Below, piece by piece: positions 60,215-64,000 of a stretch of DNA of 64,000 bases (its first letter is position 1; each line of letters opens with the position of its first letter). Origin of the DNA: a bacterium (GTDB lineage: Bacteria; SAR324; NAC60-12); NCBI GenBank assembly GCA_965233585.1, contig CBDDTI010000745.1, forward strand, positions 192,001 to 256,000. The letters are read 5' to 3'. Under the pieces are notes generated by a model. The model was not told where the DNA came from. It did not search any database and worked only from the letters and a program-made list of their open reading frames with translations. Both the position numbers and the translations under genes were made by a program.

Positions 60215-60988
60215 ATGATGAAGAAAATCATAGCTGGTGTTGCTTTTTCCATTCTGGCATCAGTGTCTTTGGCAAAGGAATGGAAGACGTTGCGTGTGGG
60301 TGTAGAAGGGGCTTACCCTCCCTTTAGTGCTGTGGACAAAAAAGGGGAGCTTGTGGGCTTTGACATTGACTTTGCTTATGCCGTTTGTGGGGCAATGGGC
60401 GTCAAATGTGTGTTAGTTACACAAGACTGGGACGGCATGATTCCTGCCCTCATAGCAAGAAAATATGATGCCATCATTGCTTCTATGTCCATCACTGAAG
60501 AACGCAAAAAGAAGGTAGAGTTCACTGACAAGTACTATGCAACGCCTGTTAGATTCGTTGCCCAAAAAGGTCAGTTTTCAAAGATTGACAAATCTACTTT
60601 GAAAGGGAAGTCTGTTGGAGTGCAACGTGCCGCAACGCATGACAGCTACATGACAGACCTTTATGGCAACATGGTAGATGTCAAAAGGTATGGCACGATT
60701 GAGGAAGCCAAGCTAGACTTGACTTCAGGCAGGATCAACCTTGTCCTTGCTGATGTGATGACCCTTGATGCCAGCTTTTTGAAGGCAGAAGGTGGAGACC
60801 GATTTGAGTTTGTTGGCGAAGAGATTAATGATGTCAAGTACTTTGGGGTTGGCATTGGTATTGCCCTCCGCAAACGAGACAAAGACCTTAAAAAACAACT
60901 CAACCAAGCCATCAAAGACATTCGCGAAAGTGGACAATACGACCATATCCGCAAACGTTATTTTGACTTTGACATCTACGGGGAGTAA
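60215..60988 (+). CDS. Arg/Orn/Lys/His ABC substrate-binding protein
   Basis: EGAYPPF, GFDID, QDWDGMIP.L, SMSITEER, YF.FDIYG. Confidence 0.92.
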   Translation: MMKKIIAGVAFSILASVSLAKEWKTLRVGVEGAYPPFSAVDKKGELVGFDIDFAYAVCGAMGVKCVLVTQDWDGMIPALIARKYDAIIASMSITEERKKKVEFTDKYYATPVRFVAQKGQFSKIDKSTLKGKSVGVQRAATHDSYMTDLYGNMVDVKRYGTIEEAKLDLTSGRINLVLADVMTLDASFLKAEGGDRFEFVGEEINDVKYFGVGIGIALRKRDKDLKKQLNQAIKDIRESGQYDHIRKRYFDFDIYGE

Positions 60989-61002
60989 TCCCACCCGTTT
61001 CA

Positions 61003-61028
61003 AGCTATGGCTTTAAAAAGCCATAGCT
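61003..61028. terminator. hairpin after the substrate-binding gene
   Basis: AGCTATGGCTT-TAAA-AAGCCATAGCT perfect 11-bp stem; no clear U tract. Confidence 0.4.
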
Positions 61029-61370
61029 CCTGCCTATCAGTAAATCTCATGTCATCAGAGAATCATATCAAACTACAACAAAGAAACTTTTTGCTGGCTA
61101 GGGACAGTGAAGAATCAGAGCTTTTAAAAACTCTTTTAAAAAGTCCTTTAGGTTTGGCAAAGGATTTAATTTTACGACTCAATCAAGGTAGTTATACTAA
61201 TTTACGGAACAATTTAGACTAAATTAAGCAATTTGTAGCAGGAGTTGAAAGGGCAAAAGCATTGCAACATGGTTATCAATTAGCTGAATTTTATTGCACC
61301 CCATTCTTTTTCTCAAAAATCTGCTAGACTAGATATTTTGATTTTTGAGCTTTAAATTTTAGGAAAAGAT

Positions 61371-61988
61371 ATGTCTGATAGATTGGATAGAATTGAAAAA
61401 ATCTTGGAAGAAGCCAGTGCTATTGCCAAAGAAGCCAGTATCATTGCCAAAGAAGCCAATGACACAGTCAAGGCTGTTGCCAAACAACAAGAAAAGACAG
61501 ATGCACAAATTGCAAGAACCGATGCACAAATTGCAAGAACCGATGCACAAATTGCTAAAGTTTCTAAACAACTAGGGGGATTTGTCAACAACGCTGGGTT
61601 AATCCTAGAAGACCGAATCTATCGTTGTTTTGAAGAGTCTTTAGGGCAAGACAATCCTATTGAAATAGAGGGAGTTCGCTATGATCGTCTCAACAGAAAC
61701 ATTAGTGGCAAGTTTGGTCAAACAACTGGACAGTATGACATCATTTTGTTCAATCACGACCATGTCTTGATTGTAGAAGTCAAAAAAAAGGCTCATGTCA
61801 ATGATTTGGAGCAGATTTTAAAACAGAAGCAGACCTTCCCTATTGTATTTCCTCACTTCCGCAGTTTTAACTTTCATCTAGGATTAGCCAGTGAGTCTTT
61901 TAGCAAAGATTTGATTTCAGAAGCAAAAGCCAATGAGATTTATTTGATGCAAGAAAAGGCTGGTGTGATTCAAATCGTTGCTCCTTGA
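61371..61988 (+). CDS. coiled-coil plus PD-(D/E)XK nuclease-like protein (DUF3782-like), paralogue of 30645..31244
   Basis: TDAQIAR heptad repeats; QYDII...LIVEVK; shared Q.L.QK.TFP..FP and LI.EA....IYL.QE.AG. Confidence 0.65.
   Translation: MSDRLDRIEKILEEASAIAKEASIIAKEANDTVKAVAKQQEKTDAQIARTDAQIARTDAQIAKVSKQLGGFVNNAGLILEDRIYRCFEESLGQDNPIEIEGVRYDRLNRNISGKFGQTTGQYDIILFNHDHVLIVEVKKKAHVNDLEQILKQKQTFPIVFPHFRSFNFHLGLASESFSKDLISEAKANEIYLMQEKAGVIQIVAP
61497..61557 (+). repeat. 21-bp tandem repeat x3 encoding TDAQIA(R)
   Basis: GATGCACAAATTGCAAGAACC units. Confidence 0.9.
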
Positions 61989-62103
61989 TTTTCGTGTCAG
62001 TCTTTGTCAAGTGGAGGCTATCCCCAAGCTATTTTGACTTTGATAAGGATTTAAGATACTTTTATGGTTGATTTGAGATCACAAAGAAGGAATCTTTTAG
62101 AGT

Positions 62104-63588
62104 ATGTCTTATTTATCCTTCAACAAAAACACACTTCTTGCCTTTGTTCTGGCAACAATTCCTTTACAAACCTTCTCTGCACAGCATTTCTTGAGTGTGA
62201 GCTACTGGGTCGGTGCTACTGCTGATTCTGTCAAGCAACAGATGACCAATGGCGTAGATTTAGAAGCACAAGACGAAAGCGGTAGAACTCCTTTACACTT
62301 TGCTGCAACTTTCAGCAAAAAAGTAGAGGTGTTAGAAGTTTTGATAAAGGGTGGTGCAGACTTAGAGGCACGAACACGAGATGACCAGACTCCCCTGCAC
62401 CGTGCAGCTGCCAAGAATAAAAATGCAGAAGTGTTGAAGTTGCTGATAGAGAGTGGTGCAGATTTAGAAGCACGAGACCAAAATGGCTGGACTCCCCTGC
62501 ACCGTGCAGCTGCCTTTAACAGCCAACCTCAAATGTTACAAACCCTCATAGAGTCAGGGGTAGATTTGGAAGCACGAGACAAAATTGGTTGGACTCCTTT
62601 GCACTTTGCCTCAGCATTTAGTCAGCAACCTCAAGTTCTGGAAATTCTTATGGAACATGGTGCAGATTTAGAAGCACGAGACCAATACGGTCAGACTCCC
62701 TTGCACTTAGCCACAAAATATAGCAATGTTCCAGAAGTGCTGGAGTTTCTCATAAAGCATGGTGCGGATTTAGAGGCACAAGACCGAAACAGCTGGACTC
62801 CTTTACACTTTGCCGCTGCATTTAGCAATCAAACTCAAATTGTGGAAGTTTTGATAGAGCGTGGTGCAAATTTAGAAGGAAGCATTGTTGGAGATTTGAC
62901 TCCCTTACATTTAGCCGCAAGATATAGCCAAAATGCAAAAGTTGTGGAAGTTTTGATAGAGAATGGTGCAAATTTAGAAGCAAGAGACCAAGACGGTTGG
63001 ACTCCCTTGTTCTTTGCTTCCTCCTTCAATAAAAAAACGGAAGTGTTAGAAGTTTTGATAAAGAATGGAGCAAGTTTAGAAGTACGAGACCAAAATGGTT
63101 GGACTCTCTTGCATGCGGCAACTGCAAATAACGACCAAGCTCAAATTGTGGAAATTCTGATAAAGAGTGGAGCAGATTTAGAAGCACAAGACCAAGACGG
63201 CTGGACTCCCTTGTTCTTTGCTTCCTCCTTCAATAAAAAAACAGAAATATTGAACACTCTGATAAAGAGTGGAGCAGATTTGGAAGTGCGAGACAAAAAC
63301 GACTGGACTCCCTTGCATGCAGCAGCTGCATTTAGCAACCAAGCTCAAATTGTGGAAGTTTTGATAAAGAGTGGAGCAGATTTGGAAGCACAAGACAAAA
63401 TCGGTTGGACTCCCTTGCATGCAGCAGCTGCAAACAACGACCAAGCTCAAATTGTGGAAGTTTTGATAAAGAGTGGGGCAGATTTGAAAGTACGAGACCA
63501 AAACGGCTGGACTCCTTTGGATTTAATTCAAGCAAACACAAAATTAAAAGAGACAGTCAAACTATTGCAAGATTTGAAAGACCGCTGA
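62104..63588 (+). CDS. exported ankyrin-repeat protein
   Basis: signal peptide; 12 full 34-aa repeats GADLEARD..GWTPLH.AA plus a capping repeat. Confidence 0.93.
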   Translation: MSYLSFNKNTLLAFVLATIPLQTFSAQHFLSVSYWVGATADSVKQQMTNGVDLEAQDESGRTPLHFAATFSKKVEVLEVLIKGGADLEARTRDDQTPLHRAAAKNKNAEVLKLLIESGADLEARDQNGWTPLHRAAAFNSQPQMLQTLIESGVDLEARDKIGWTPLHFASAFSQQPQVLEILMEHGADLEARDQYGQTPLHLATKYSNVPEVLEFLIKHGADLEAQDRNSWTPLHFAAAFSNQTQIVEVLIERGANLEGSIVGDLTPLHLAARYSQNAKVVEVLIENGANLEARDQDGWTPLFFASSFNKKTEVLEVLIKNGASLEVRDQNGWTLLHAATANNDQAQIVEILIKSGADLEAQDQDGWTPLFFASSFNKKTEILNTLIKSGADLEVRDKNDWTPLHAAAAFSNQAQIVEVLIKSGADLEAQDKIGWTPLHAAAANNDQAQIVEVLIKSGADLKVRDQNGWTPLDLIQANTKLKETVKLLQDLKDR

Positions 63589-63621
63589 TAGAACTCAAAA
63601 ACGCATGTCAACTCAAAAACC

Positions 63622-64000
63622 ATGAAACAACGTACAACTTTCATTGAACGCAATACCAAAGAGACTCAAATTGCTGTCAAATTGAACCTTGATGGCACAG
63701 GCATTTATCAGATCAAGACAGGGATTGGCTTTTTGGATCACATGCTTGAGTTGTTTTCTAAACACGCATTGATAGATTTAGAAGTAACGGCACATGGAGA
63801 TTTGCATATTGAAGCCCATCACACTGTAGAAGACATTGGAATTGTGTTGGGTCATGCCATCAAAGATGCACTGGGCGAGAAAAGAGGGATTTGTCGCTAC
63901 GGTTTCTGTCTGTTGCCAATGGACGAGGTCTTGGTAGAAGCAGCGATAGATTTAAGCGGTCGGGCTTATATGGTTTGGAATGTGGACTTTAAAAGAGAAA
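63622..64000 (+). CDS. hisB: imidazoleglycerol-phosphate dehydratase, truncated by window end
   Basis: manual translation RNTKET.I...[32 protein letters not shown]...PMDE, DLSGR. Confidence 0.95.
   Translation, partial: MKQRTTFIERNTKETQIAVKLNLDGTGIYQIKTGIGFLDHMLELFSKHALIDLEVTAHGDLHIEAHHTVEDIGIVLGHAIKDALGEKRGICRYGFCLLPMDEVLVEAAIDLSGRAYMVWNVDFKRE

Noticed and set aside
61007..61330. Possible gene remnant continuing past a stop at 61220-61222
   Set aside because: No recognisable family, so it cannot be supported without a search

Overview
AT-rich bacterial chromosomal window; the Rho and housekeeping proteins look deltaproteobacteria-like (e.g. SAR324/Desulfobacterota), which is an inference only. 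The backbone is housekeeping: rnpB 3' end, rho, rpmE, prfA, folB, leuA, UvrD-like helicase, Rrf2-iscS-iscU, lptF, lolA, lgt, nagBA, rbgA, ftsH, psd, fabI, an Arg/Orn ABC transporter with argD/astC, and partial hisB. Four accessory elements are embedded in it. (1) An intact serine-recombinase-fold gene has lost its catalytic serine and other active-site residues but keeps its DNA-binding domain. (2) A double restriction-modification island holds an EcoRI/RsrI-like cassette between 224-bp direct repeats, upstream of a HEAT-repeat methyltransferase and a CfrBI-like nuclease. (3) A roughly 25-39 kb island encodes modular surface lipoproteins with 7-bladed SBBP propellers whose frameworks are homogenised and whose loops are hypervariable. 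It also carries two complete IS1-family elements with 8-bp target duplications, a GTC-tagged palindromic repeat family seen only there, a repeat-flanked PD-(D/E)XK protein, a poly-T promoter tract and a leader terminator. (4) Further exported repeat proteins (RCC1, ankyrin) lie elsewhere in the window. No CRISPR array, tRNA, rRNA or reverse transcriptase was recognised. All calls are by-eye motif recognition without database searches.
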